Of a stretch of 57,097 bases of DNA, positions 49,901 to 57,046 are shown in pieces. The notes beneath the pieces were generated by a model. The model did not search any database. It saw only the letters and a program-made list of their open reading frames with translations, and was not told where the DNA came from. How positions within the stretch are numbered: position 1 is the first letter of the stretch; every line of letters starts with the position of its first letter. The DNA is taken from positions 1 to 57,097 of IMG/VR virus record IMGVR_UViG_3300031977_001254. The stretch is one strand, 5' to 3'. This DNA comes from a virus (lineage: Duplodnaviria; Caudoviricetes). The translations under genes were made by a program, and so were the position numbers.

Positions 49901-50121
49901 GTTTACGTACTTCAGCTTATAGTGCTGATTATACTCGTGATCGTGTATCAACTTATGTTGGTAACTACATTGGTGAATATGCTACTGGATACACTGGTAA
50001 TTATTCGCGCGACTTTATAGGAAACTATTCAAGAGCGTTTGTAGGTAACTACACTGGTATGACTATCCAACCTACATTTAACATTGTTGAAACATACACG
50101 TTATATGTAAGGGTTGCTTAA
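43942..50121 (+). CDS. Giant Tyr/Arg/Thr/Gly tetrapeptide-repeat virion protein (2059 aa), predicted self-complementary beta-hairpin fibre
   Basis: GTG start; ~259-aa non-repetitive N domain, ~1780-aa repeat region, 19-aa tail; late promoter; fibre-region context. Confidence 0.85.
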   Translation: MSASSIPLKILNSDGDLREFTPIEENYLAYAVGQALLTPDTGSLTLDPSGVAVGSYVDTYFNESPGTHPASQITSGSTTTTLRQVAGPASESGQNIPVGYYEQDPNPGFYEMVDADLTNLAKRVLGNMVENDYIGTYRLASSSPGSDYSIHISNVFSDTRGDGASTNYHIYVRNSMASVAATRPVRIRYDGSSFDGFQEMTDAEIQQVLGQRIKTLRASAGEIGSYQLRSSAQGAPIGGGVWRAVGTAFNTKLTTAQIDYTRTRNSAYVQTRVSAYTRNRISTFVGTYSRTTSNVFAGNYIGNYSRGFTGNYSRGFAGEYTGDFIGVYSRLRSSAYSANYTRERISTYTGTYSRTRVSTYVGNYARAFAGEYTRGFAGNYTGEFTRTRISSYVGVYARTRTSTYSGNYSRNFAGNYSRGFTGEYSRAYTRERISSYTGTYSRTRVSTYAGNYSRGFAGNYSRGFAGNYSRAFTRSRVSAYAGTYSRDRVSTYAGNYARNFIGNYSRAFAGNYSRAFTRGRVSTFTGTYSRTRNSSYAGTYSRGFTGNYSRAFGGNYARAFTRGRVSTFTGEYARTRNSAYSGTYARGFVGNYARGFVGNYARAYTRGRVSTFSGTYSRTRPSSYSADYTRNRVSTYAGTYSRNRVSVYSRNRVSAYAGTYARNRVSSYAGTYSRNRVSSYAGTYVRTRSSAYSRVRLTAFAADYTGVYTRARASVYTRARVSSYAADYTGVYSRNRVSTYARTRTSAYAADYTGTYSRNRVSTYARTRSSAYAGTYTGVYSRNRVSTYSRARTSAYARDRVTNFAGNFIGNYSRGFAGNYSRGFVGNYSRGFAGNYIGNYARTSTRTSTRGRVSSYARTRVTNYVGDFTRNRLVTYTGDFIGNYATTFTGDFVGNYARNYVGDFAGNFTGNYATTFTGDFVGNYARGYAGNYAGNFVGEYARTRVTDYAGDFVGNYATTFTGDFVGNYARGYAGNFAGNFVGEYARTRVTNSTRTSTRTLAYTRTLYYTGNYARAFARTRVTNYTTTPSYSRTRVTNYTTSPSYSRERPYYPTYSRERGFYYTGNYSRTLYYAGNYARTLYYTGNYARTLYYTGNYARTLYYTGNYARTVYYTGNYARTGYYAGNYTRPITSTRTSTRVSTRYGPPMGPDPGDIEFYTSYYTGNFVGTGYYTRTSTRSLVYTRARGITPSYSRDRAYYPSYARDRAYYPSYARDRAYYPAYTRNRPYYPSYARDRLSYYTGNYARTYYYTGNYARTLVYTGDFVGNYARTNVYTGDFVGNYARAYAADYTRTGYYTRTGYYTGDFVGDFVGNYARTSTRTSTRTRYSAYARTRITNYVGDFTRNRVTNFAGNFVGNYARTSTRTSTRTRYSAYARTRITNYVGDFTRVSTRNSTRNRYSAYARTRITNYVGDFTRNRTAGYVGDFVGNYATTFAGNFVGNYARTFAGEYAGNFVGEYARTSTRTRYSAYVRTRVSAYARNRVSTYARDRVTNFAGNFVGNYARTFTGNYARGFAGEYTGNYVGNYARNYVGNYARGFSGQYVGNYVGNYARNYVGNYARGFSGQYTGNYVGNYARTFGGNYARTFAGNYTGNYVGNYTGDFTGNYSRGFVGEYTGTYSRGFSGQYAGTYNRTFVGEYTGTYSRGFSGQYTRGFSGQYVGNYARGFAGNYVGNYSRNFVGEYTGAYATTYTGNYARGFTRTRVSSYARTRTSTYAGNYSRNFAGEYTGAYATTYTGNYSRNYTRSRVSAYARVRSSAYAGNYSRDFVGEYTGTYATTYTGNYSRNYTRSRVSAYARVRPSTYAGNYARTFTGEYTGTYNRAFAGNYSRNYSRNRVSVYARTRVSAYAGTYARNFVGEYTGTYSRGFAGNYSRDFTRLRMSTYTRSRPSAYAGTYARNFVGEYTGYYSRGFAGNYSRDFTRNRISTYSRTRFSTYAGNYARNFAGEYTGTYSRGFAGDYVGNYSRGFAGEYTGNYTSVFSRTRVSAYSRLRTSAYSADYTRDRVSTYVGNYIGEYATGYTGNYSRDFIGNYSRAFVGNYTGMTIQPTFNIVETYTLYVRVA
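44719..50061 (+). repeat. 12-nt (4-aa) periodic coding repeat with 44-aa and 10-aa super-repeats
   Basis: Units [YF]xG[NEDTQ], [YF]xRx, Rx[ST]x, STRx; near-exact 60-bp (47161-47268) and 30-bp (47521-47598) DNA repeats. Confidence 0.95.
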
Positions 50122-50172
50122 TTGTACTCTTTATAGTATAATAGGAACAAGTGGGTCAAGGAAGACCCACTT
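50114..50172 (+). promoter_or_regulatory. Sigma70-like promoter followed by stem-loop
   Basis: TTGCTT-17-TATAAT (50114-50142); AAGTGGGTC-aaggaa-GACCCACTT (50149-50172). Confidence 0.6.
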
Positions 50173-50228
50173 TATTATACGACTATATAATGACTGAAAT
50201 GAATTTTTAATACCAATTGGAGTTTATA

Positions 50229-50675
50229 ATGGCTAGTAAAAAATGGCTGGATAATGCGTTCTGGGAAACAGAAGAAAAAAATCAACTTAACTGTATCTTA
50301 GAAATTGTTGACGATGAAGGTCGAGAAATTCGACAAGTTATGAAATTAAACCGCAATGAACGTGATGGTTCGCCAAACGAAATGTTTGATGAGGTTGTAG
50401 CTACACTAGGTGAAGAAGCTATTGACCGCGAAACTGCAGAACGTGTAGAGCGTAAAAAAGCTGAAGCTGAAGAAAACAAACAACGTGACCTTGAGCATCA
50501 GAAAGCAAGAAAATTAGAAAAACTTTTCAACTATAAACTAGAAGCGTTTGAAGTTGAAGAGATTAAAAACTCAAAGAACCGAAAACTTAAAGGTAAGTTG
50601 CGTCGAGCTAAATCTCGAATAGAAGTAGATCTATACTCTATTATGATTTTACAAGAATCGCTTGAGGTTGAGTAA
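50229..50675 (+). CDS. Hypothetical protein with charged coiled coil
   Basis: GGAG SD before ATG 50229. Confidence 0.75.
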   Translation: MASKKWLDNAFWETEEKNQLNCILEIVDDEGREIRQVMKLNRNERDGSPNEMFDEVVATLGEEAIDRETAERVERKKAEAEENKQRDLEHQKARKLEKLFNYKLEAFEVEEIKNSKNRKLKGKLRRAKSRIEVDLYSIMILQESLEVE

Positions 50676-50676
50676 A

Positions 50677-51417
50677 ATGGAAAATAAAAGTAAAGGGTTT
50701 GTTATCGTCGCGAGTCGCAATCGCAACTTTTATTTGTATGCTATTAATCTAGCAGAATCGCTTCGAGACTTTTATGAACCTGAAGACGAGTGTAACATTT
50801 GTATTGTTACCGAAGAAAGATTTATTGACGATCGTGGATACGATGTTGCAGATCAAGTTATTTTCTGTGATGACCACTATCGAGCGAAATTGTGGGGTAT
50901 GGCAAGATCGCCATATGACCTTACAATGTATATTGATGCTGATATGGAATGTGAGCACGAAGATATCGTTAAAGTTTGGGATGAGATGAAAGACCATGAT
51001 ATGGTATTCTCTGAACTAACTGATGATCGTGACTACATATATGCAGAACGTGATTTTGATACACCAGAAGGCAAAGCTAAATTTGTCCTTTGTGGTGGCG
51101 TTTGTTTGTATGATATGTCTAAACCAATTGTGCGCGAATTCATGCAAGATTGGTGGGACTTAACCCAAAGGCAGATGAACGATACTTGGTGGCCAGAAGG
51201 TTATGCTGACTCCCTTAAATCTTGGGATCAGTTTAGCTTGTGGTGGTTGACCGAGAAAGAAGAAAAATATAAAGATCTTAAAGTCGGTATCTTTGATGAC
51301 GACTTACGGTGGAACTATTACAACGCTCTTAATTGGGCAAGAACTCAGCCTAAAGATGGACCAGTGATTTTACGTCACTTCTCTGCTGGCTTAGAAAAGG
51401 ATAAACCAATCTTATGA
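50677..51417 (+). CDS. GT-A fold glycosyltransferase (GT8-like)
   Basis: KGFVIVA, K......SPYD.T.YIDAD (DxD), GG..LY, WDQFSLW, RWN, H. Confidence 0.75.
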   Translation: MENKSKGFVIVASRNRNFYLYAINLAESLRDFYEPEDECNICIVTEERFIDDRGYDVADQVIFCDDHYRAKLWGMARSPYDLTMYIDADMECEHEDIVKVWDEMKDHDMVFSELTDDRDYIYAERDFDTPEGKAKFVLCGGVCLYDMSKPIVREFMQDWWDLTQRQMNDTWWPEGYADSLKSWDQFSLWWLTEKEEKYKDLKVGIFDDDLRWNYYNALNWARTQPKDGPVILRHFSAGLEKDKPIL

Positions 51418-52121
51418 CACAGATTAACGACTCATATCTCAAGCACGTGGATGTCAACAATCCAGAACTGTTAGAGATTCTAAACGAATACGCAAGCCTT
51501 CACCAGATGGAAGGGTTTGTTGAAAATTGTCATCTAACAGCAGAAGAACATGCACGTCAACGTCCTCATTGGATGGGTGATACGTATCGTCAAGAAGTTG
51601 TTGATCAAGGATCTGCCCATGAAGGCTTCCCTGATATGTTGGTGGCATATAACTTTAAACTGTCTGAACGCGCTCATACCTTTTTCAAAGGTGATGCTGA
51701 CCCAGTATTCAAACGCGACATGACCCAAAAGCTAGGCGAGCTTAATGACCGCATGATGAACTTCTTGTCGGTTAAGCATAACGCATTGTGTGCAGTATAT
51801 CCTCCAGGTGGATTCATTTCATGGCACAACAACGCAAATGCTCCAGGTTATAACCTAGTCTTTACTTGGTCTGAAACTGGCGACGGGCACTTCTCTTATA
51901 TTCACCCTGAGACAAAAGAAATTGTCAAGTGTGAAGATAGTGCTGGTAAATGGACTTGCAAAGCTGCTTATTTTGGTTCTCATGCTGAACCTGAAAAGCA
52001 ACTGTACCATGCTGCTGAGAGTGAATGTTGGCGCGTTACTGTTTCTTATGTATTTGACTGGAGTGATACTTCAGAAGAATTCCGTGAAATGGTATTAGAA
52101 GATATATCTTCGGAAGTTTAA
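51414..52121 (+). CDS. Cupin/2OG-Fe(II) oxygenase-like protein
   Basis: YPPGGFISWHNN...G.G.F.Y...LYHAA....WRVTVSY double-stranded beta-helix pattern. Confidence 0.6.
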   Translation: MTQINDSYLKHVDVNNPELLEILNEYASLHQMEGFVENCHLTAEEHARQRPHWMGDTYRQEVVDQGSAHEGFPDMLVAYNFKLSERAHTFFKGDADPVFKRDMTQKLGELNDRMMNFLSVKHNALCAVYPPGGFISWHNNANAPGYNLVFTWSETGDGHFSYIHPETKEIVKCEDSAGKWTCKAAYFGSHAEPEKQLYHAAESECWRVTVSYVFDWSDTSEEFREMVLEDISSEV

Positions 52122-52134
52122 TTTAATAAAACAT

Positions 52135-52203
52135 AAAAATCCTAGTTTCTAATTCTTATAAATACATTTAACTGTTTTGTAGGAATTTAGAACTAGGATT
52201 TTT
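52135..52203 (+). promoter_or_regulatory. RNA hairpin containing a late promoter (5' arm) and SD (3' arm)
   Basis: AAAAATCCTAGTT...AACTAGGATTTTT inverted repeat extended by G-U pairs; TATAAATA 52157-52164; AGGA 52195-52198. Confidence 0.75.
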
Positions 52204-52206
52204 TTA

Positions 52207-52566
52207 ATGTCAACAACTTATGAAGACTTTACTATATCTCAAGGTTCGGACGTAGCGTTTGAACTTGAGCTTGTAGAACTTGATGGTTCTACAAAAGACC
52301 TCACTGGATACGCTGTTGAAGCGAAGATGAAAAAGTCTTTCAACAGTGACACCGATAAGACTATTGACTTTACTGCTATCGTTTCTCAACCTGCGACCGA
52401 TGGTATTGTAGTCCTTTCCCTTACAAACGAACAAACAGACGATTTATCTACAAGAGGTAGGTATGTTTATGACGTTGAATTAAGTTACAGCGATAGTGAC
52501 GGTAATTTAATGGTAGAACGCATTCTAGAAGGTAAGATTAAAGTCTCTCCTTCAGTAACAAGGTAA
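52207..52566 (+). CDS. Virion structural protein (Ig-like, BppU-N-like)
   Basis: I.QG.D, DLTGY...A.M.K, G...LSLT..QT, GRYVYDVE, R.LEG...V.P.VT. Confidence 0.7.
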   Translation: MSTTYEDFTISQGSDVAFELELVELDGSTKDLTGYAVEAKMKKSFNSDTDKTIDFTAIVSQPATDGIVVLSLTNEQTDDLSTRGRYVYDVELSYSDSDGNLMVERILEGKIKVSPSVTR

Positions 52567-52570
52567 GCGC

Positions 52571-52843
52571 ATGCCAGTCAGAAAGATATCTAAATCGAAC
52601 TCAGACACGAAACATATCGTCTCAGGAGTTTCAACAGGCACAACAACTAAAGTTAAAAGAGTTACTCTTGGTCGACCTGTTCGCCGTGTGACTTCAGATA
52701 ACGGTACATTGTCTGGTCTGAATGATATCAACCTAAATGGCGGTCCAACAGAAGGGGATGTCTTAGTATATCACGAAAGTGATGAAGCTTGGCATGCTCA
52801 AAAATTATTAGAGAAGCAAGAAATTAATGGAGGTCAGTACTAA
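52571..52843 (+). CDS. Small fibre-type protein
   Basis: L..L.DI......GDVLVY.....W fibre repeat; ends INGGQY. Confidence 0.65.
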   Translation: MPVRKISKSNSDTKHIVSGVSTGTTTKVKRVTLGRPVRRVTSDNGTLSGLNDINLNGGPTEGDVLVYHESDEAWHAQKLLEKQEINGGQY

Positions 52844-54132
52844 TGGCATCACTCATTAGGATTAAACGTTCCGGAGTCCAGGGAAATCCCTCGCTACTAG
52901 GACAAGGTGAATTAGCCTATTCATATTATAATGGCGAAGGTGGTGATAGATTATATATCGGTACTGGCGTCGAAACTAATGGCGACGCGATAAATCACGA
53001 AGTCATCGGTGGTAAATACTTTGTTGACCTATTAGGCGGTGAAGGACAAGCACCCTTTGGTCAACTAACACCAAATACGGCACTTATCGTTGACGCTGAC
53101 GGTAAAGTAAATGAGTTTAAAGTTGATGACTTAGTCTTTGACGGAAATGTAATTTCAACTACTGCTGGTGATATTGTATTCACTCCAGCTGCTGGTCAGA
53201 ATATTGACGTTAGTGGGACTCGTATTACGAATCTCGCTGAACCAGTTGATTCTGCTGACGCGACAACCAAATTCTATGTTGACAATACATTAGCCAATTA
53301 TGTTGCTGATGCTATTGCCCCTACAGGCGTTGTTGCAGGTTCGTATGGTTCTGAAACTGAAATACCTACATTTACTGTAGACTCAGACGGACGCTTGTCT
53401 GCTGCTGGTTCAGTTGACATAGCGACCAATTTAACAATTAATGGTGATGCGATTTCACTATTAGATTCAGACCTATCATTTACAGGTTCTGATAATGTTG
53501 AAGTCACATATGACTCTCTAACAAATACTATTAATGCTGCGTTATCCAGCGAAGTTACTGACTTAACAAAAGTTGAAGTTGGTAATTTAAAATTAGAAGG
53601 AAATACACTTTCTTCTACAGATAGCTCAAACACTATGTACATCGACCCTGCTCCGACGGATTCGGACGGTGGTACATTAATTATTCGTGGTGACTTAGTC
53701 GTACAAGGTACACAGACTATAATCAACTCTACGGTAATGTCGGTTAATGACCTAACACTTACCCTAGCTGATTCTGCCACAACTCCAGCCGAAGCAGACG
53801 GTGCTGGAATATTCATCGCTGGCGCTGACGTATCAATCGTTTATGATGCGACACGCGACCAAGTAAATATCGATAAAGGTCTTAACGTACTTGCTCCACT
53901 TTCAATTAATGATATTGAGATTGGCGAGTTTATTGATGACCGTGTTTCAAATCTATTTACTGCAGGCGAAGGAATTGACCTAGCATATAATGATGTAAAC
54001 GACGAATTAATCGTTTCTGCTGAATTTGCTTCTACAACTAATGCTGGTATTGCTAAATTTGATTCAGACCAATTTACAGTTTCTGCTGAAGGTCTTACAC
54101 ATGTCTATCAAATAGACGGTGGAACATATTAA
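52843..54132 (+). CDS. Fibre/spike structural protein
   Basis: IRIKRS...P..L..GELAY N-domain, ITNLAEP...DA.TK.YVD, AGSYG...IP.FTVD..GR, ends IDGGTY. Confidence 0.7.
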   Translation: MASLIRIKRSGVQGNPSLLGQGELAYSYYNGEGGDRLYIGTGVETNGDAINHEVIGGKYFVDLLGGEGQAPFGQLTPNTALIVDADGKVNEFKVDDLVFDGNVISTTAGDIVFTPAAGQNIDVSGTRITNLAEPVDSADATTKFYVDNTLANYVADAIAPTGVVAGSYGSETEIPTFTVDSDGRLSAAGSVDIATNLTINGDAISLLDSDLSFTGSDNVEVTYDSLTNTINAALSSEVTDLTKVEVGNLKLEGNTLSSTDSSNTMYIDPAPTDSDGGTLIIRGDLVVQGTQTIINSTVMSVNDLTLTLADSATTPAEADGAGIFIAGADVSIVYDATRDQVNIDKGLNVLAPLSINDIEIGEFIDDRVSNLFTAGEGIDLAYNDVNDELIVSAEFASTTNAGIAKFDSDQFTVSAEGLTHVYQIDGGTY

Positions 54133-54231
54133 TAAATAAGATTGTTACATAATTCGTATATACGAAGTGACACATATTATTTTAAATTACAACCCTTATA
54201 TAAGGGATGACTGAAGTAGGAGTAGCCTAAA

Positions 54232-56538
54232 TTGGCTCGCAATGTAGATATTAAACTGCGTCGTTCCGCAGTCCCAGGAAGAGTACCGTTAGTTGACCAA
54301 CTAAACTTAGGTGAGTTGGCGGTTAACACGGCTGACGGTAAACTATACTTAAAACGTGCTTATGATGGTGTTGAACAAGTCATCGAAGTTGGCGGTGACG
54401 CTCGCTCTGGACTTGTCAGTACTTTCAATACGTATATCTACACATCTGACGGTACGCTACAAAATATTACTGGCGCAGATGATTACGGCAATTATCTCTC
54501 TTACGATTTAGCATCCCCTAGACGAATTCAAGTTTACCTCAATGGTGTATTACTCCACCAAGGAATCGATTATACTGCTATTGACGGCTCTTCAATCTCT
54601 CTGGGTTATCCAGTTGATGAAGGAATGGTCGTTCAAATCGCAGCATATAACTCAGACGGCGCATCAATCGACGCGGATTTAATCTTAGATGACGGATTCT
54701 CGTTTACCGTTGGTACTGATGAAGAAACTAAATTTTATCATAACGGTTCTAACACAGTAATCAAGCATAATGCGTATGGCGACAATACGTTTAAGATGTT
54801 ATGGCGAGATTCAGATAGACTTGAAATGGGTGAGTTTGGAATCTCACTAACTGGCAATTTAACCATTAATGGCAACACCGTTGTAACAGATTCAGATGTT
54901 CTTGTTTCTATTAATGATGTTGTAACTAAGCAATATGTCGAAGATTTAAACTTAGATGCTGGCGCTATAGCGTTTGACGATACTGGTACGGATATGAATT
55001 CTACCAACGTCCAAGAAGCTATTGACCATTTACATTCTACTAAATTAGATATCAACTCTCTTACCTCTGCGATTACTTTCTTCCCTACAACTACGTTTGT
55101 GGATATTGATGGCGGTTACACTCAGATGGTAACGTCGTTAGATGATTCTGATTTTAATACAACTCCTGTTGATATTAATACGGGCTTGATTGATTCAGAT
55201 AGAACCTTTATTGCGCAGTTAGTTTCTGATGCTGGTGTTCTTGTTGGTTCAACTGGTATCATAAATGTTCATACTGTTGGTAATGTTCGCAGACACGAAG
55301 CTGATGGAACTGGTGACGCTGAGTTCTTCTTTGAAGTTTATAAAATTGATTCAGATTTAAATGAGACTTTACTCGCAACCAGTTCTATGACTGACGTTGT
55401 TAGTGATATTCAATATGGCGAGTTTCAAGCTGACGCATTATTACAGAATACGCTATTTAATGAAGGCGACCGTGTAGCATTTAAATACTATGGTGTAAGT
55501 CGTAGTTCTAATATCACTTCATTTGATTTTCAGTTTGGTGGTTCTCAACCAGTTCGCTCAACGTTCCCTGTACCTTTATCAGTAATTCCTCAAGAAGCTA
55601 AGTTTGCTTCTGACATTATTTCGCTTACAGCTAACTTTGATGGTGTACTATCTGGTAATGATGATACTGTTCAAAAGGCATTAGAAACGATTGATGGAAT
55701 GACAACATCTGTTGTTACCGAAGGCAATAACTTATACTTTACAGATGAACGTGCTAGATTAGCTGTTGACGGATCTTCTACAATAGACTATAATAGTACA
55801 ACTGGTGTAATATCAGCTAACACAAATATCTTAGCGACAAGAAACTACGCTGAAGCATATGCTGAAGCTGTCTCTGATTCAGATTCACTTGTTACGCTTT
55901 TATCAGCTAACAACTACACAGACCAAGCTATCTCAGACTTGGACTCCGACTTTAATTCTGAACTTAATAATTTACAGTCTGCTGTTGATTCTGATTTACT
56001 TGTTTTAGAAACATCGCTACAATCTAACATCGATAGTGCTTATGATGGTGCTATTGCTCACGCTGATACAGTTGCTTTAAACGCGGTTACGACCGCTGAA
56101 ACTTATACTGACTCAGCTATCAGCCTAGCGCTTACTAACCTCGTAGACGGTGCTCCAGAGGTCTTGGACACATTAAATGAGTTAGCTGAAGCGATGGGTA
56201 ATGATTCTGATTTCGTTGGTACAGTTCAAAACTGGATTAACCAAAAATTAGACAAAACCGCTACAACTGATGTCATCACCGAAGGTGCTAACAATCAATA
56301 CTTCACCGAAGAACGCTCACGTAACTCTGTTTCAGCAGGTAATGGATTACTATATAATCCTGTTACTGGCGAGTTTTCTACTGATAGTTCCTATGATGCA
56401 GTGTTCAATTCAGTAACATCTTCTGTATTTGTAGGCGATCTAAATGGGACGGCAACCAACGCTAACCAGTTAGATGGACAAGACGGCTCATATTATCGTA
56501 TCAACGTATATGATCAAACAGGTAATTTGATAAATTAG
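54232..56538 (+). CDS. Fibre/spike structural protein (768 aa, TTG start)
   Basis: AGGAG SD; I.LRRS.VPG..P....L..GELAVNT.DGKLY; VYLNGV; EG.NLYFT..R repeats; GAPE.LDTL.ELA.A.G.D. Confidence 0.75.
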   Translation: MARNVDIKLRRSAVPGRVPLVDQLNLGELAVNTADGKLYLKRAYDGVEQVIEVGGDARSGLVSTFNTYIYTSDGTLQNITGADDYGNYLSYDLASPRRIQVYLNGVLLHQGIDYTAIDGSSISLGYPVDEGMVVQIAAYNSDGASIDADLILDDGFSFTVGTDEETKFYHNGSNTVIKHNAYGDNTFKMLWRDSDRLEMGEFGISLTGNLTINGNTVVTDSDVLVSINDVVTKQYVEDLNLDAGAIAFDDTGTDMNSTNVQEAIDHLHSTKLDINSLTSAITFFPTTTFVDIDGGYTQMVTSLDDSDFNTTPVDINTGLIDSDRTFIAQLVSDAGVLVGSTGIINVHTVGNVRRHEADGTGDAEFFFEVYKIDSDLNETLLATSSMTDVVSDIQYGEFQADALLQNTLFNEGDRVAFKYYGVSRSSNITSFDFQFGGSQPVRSTFPVPLSVIPQEAKFASDIISLTANFDGVLSGNDDTVQKALETIDGMTTSVVTEGNNLYFTDERARLAVDGSSTIDYNSTTGVISANTNILATRNYAEAYAEAVSDSDSLVTLLSANNYTDQAISDLDSDFNSELNNLQSAVDSDLLVLETSLQSNIDSAYDGAIAHADTVALNAVTTAETYTDSAISLALTNLVDGAPEVLDTLNELAEAMGNDSDFVGTVQNWINQKLDKTATTDVITEGANNQYFTEERSRNSVSAGNGLLYNPVTGEFSTDSSYDAVFNSVTSSVFVGDLNGTATNANQLDGQDGSYYRINVYDQTGNLIN

Positions 56539-56584
56539 TTCATTCCCAGTCGAACTAATTAAGCTTGTCGGCGTCTAAGATATG

Positions 56585-56592
56585 TATAAATA
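56585..56592 (+). promoter_or_regulatory. Late promoter
   Basis: TATAAATA. Confidence 0.7.
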
Positions 56593-56629
56593 CAGTCACC
56601 TATATTAACTGTTTGGTAGTGTTGTCTGT

Positions 56630-56989
56630 ATGATCAAAAATAAATCTTTTAATCGAGTCCTTGCGGAGTCACTTTTTAATTTGGCTAAGTCAAAGAAAAA
56701 TGTGATAGAAGCTGGGGACGGAAATGAAACAGAAATCTTTGACTTGATTGAAGGTACATCCTCATCTACAAATGATAATACAGCAATCCCAGAAGCGCAA
56801 TCTATTGTCGCTCCTGGAGATACTGCTGCATTCACTTTGAACGGTACACCAGCCCGAGCGGATCTTATTGACGTTTGGGTCAATGATGTACTGCAACATC
56901 CAGAAGAAACTTATGAAACTATAGGCAACGTTATACAATTTTATGAAATTCCAGCTTCTGGCTGGGACATCTATATTAAATTTCGTTAG
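56630..56989 (+). CDS. Small virion structural protein
   Basis: FTL...P.....V.VN.VLQ.P...Y...GN.I.F...P module. Confidence 0.7.
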   Translation: MIKNKSFNRVLAESLFNLAKSKKNVIEAGDGNETEIFDLIEGTSSSTNDNTAIPEAQSIVAPGDTAAFTLNGTPARADLIDVWVNDVLQHPEETYETIGNVIQFYEIPASGWDIYIKFR

Positions 56990-57046
56990 TATATTATTAT
57001 TTTAAACGTTTATAACAATCAATCAAACTAACTAGGAGATATCCGA

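Noticed and set aside
44714-49951. Many alternative-frame and antisense ORFs within the giant repeat gene
   Set aside because: Shadows of the 12-nt periodicity and codon bias; low-complexity products without SD sequences.
44719-50061. DNA-level palindrome or inverted duplication explaining the protein symmetry
   Set aside because: Mirrored units (e.g. CGT GTT TCT for RVS vs TTT GCT GGT for FAG) are not reverse complements; the symmetry exists only at amino-acid level.
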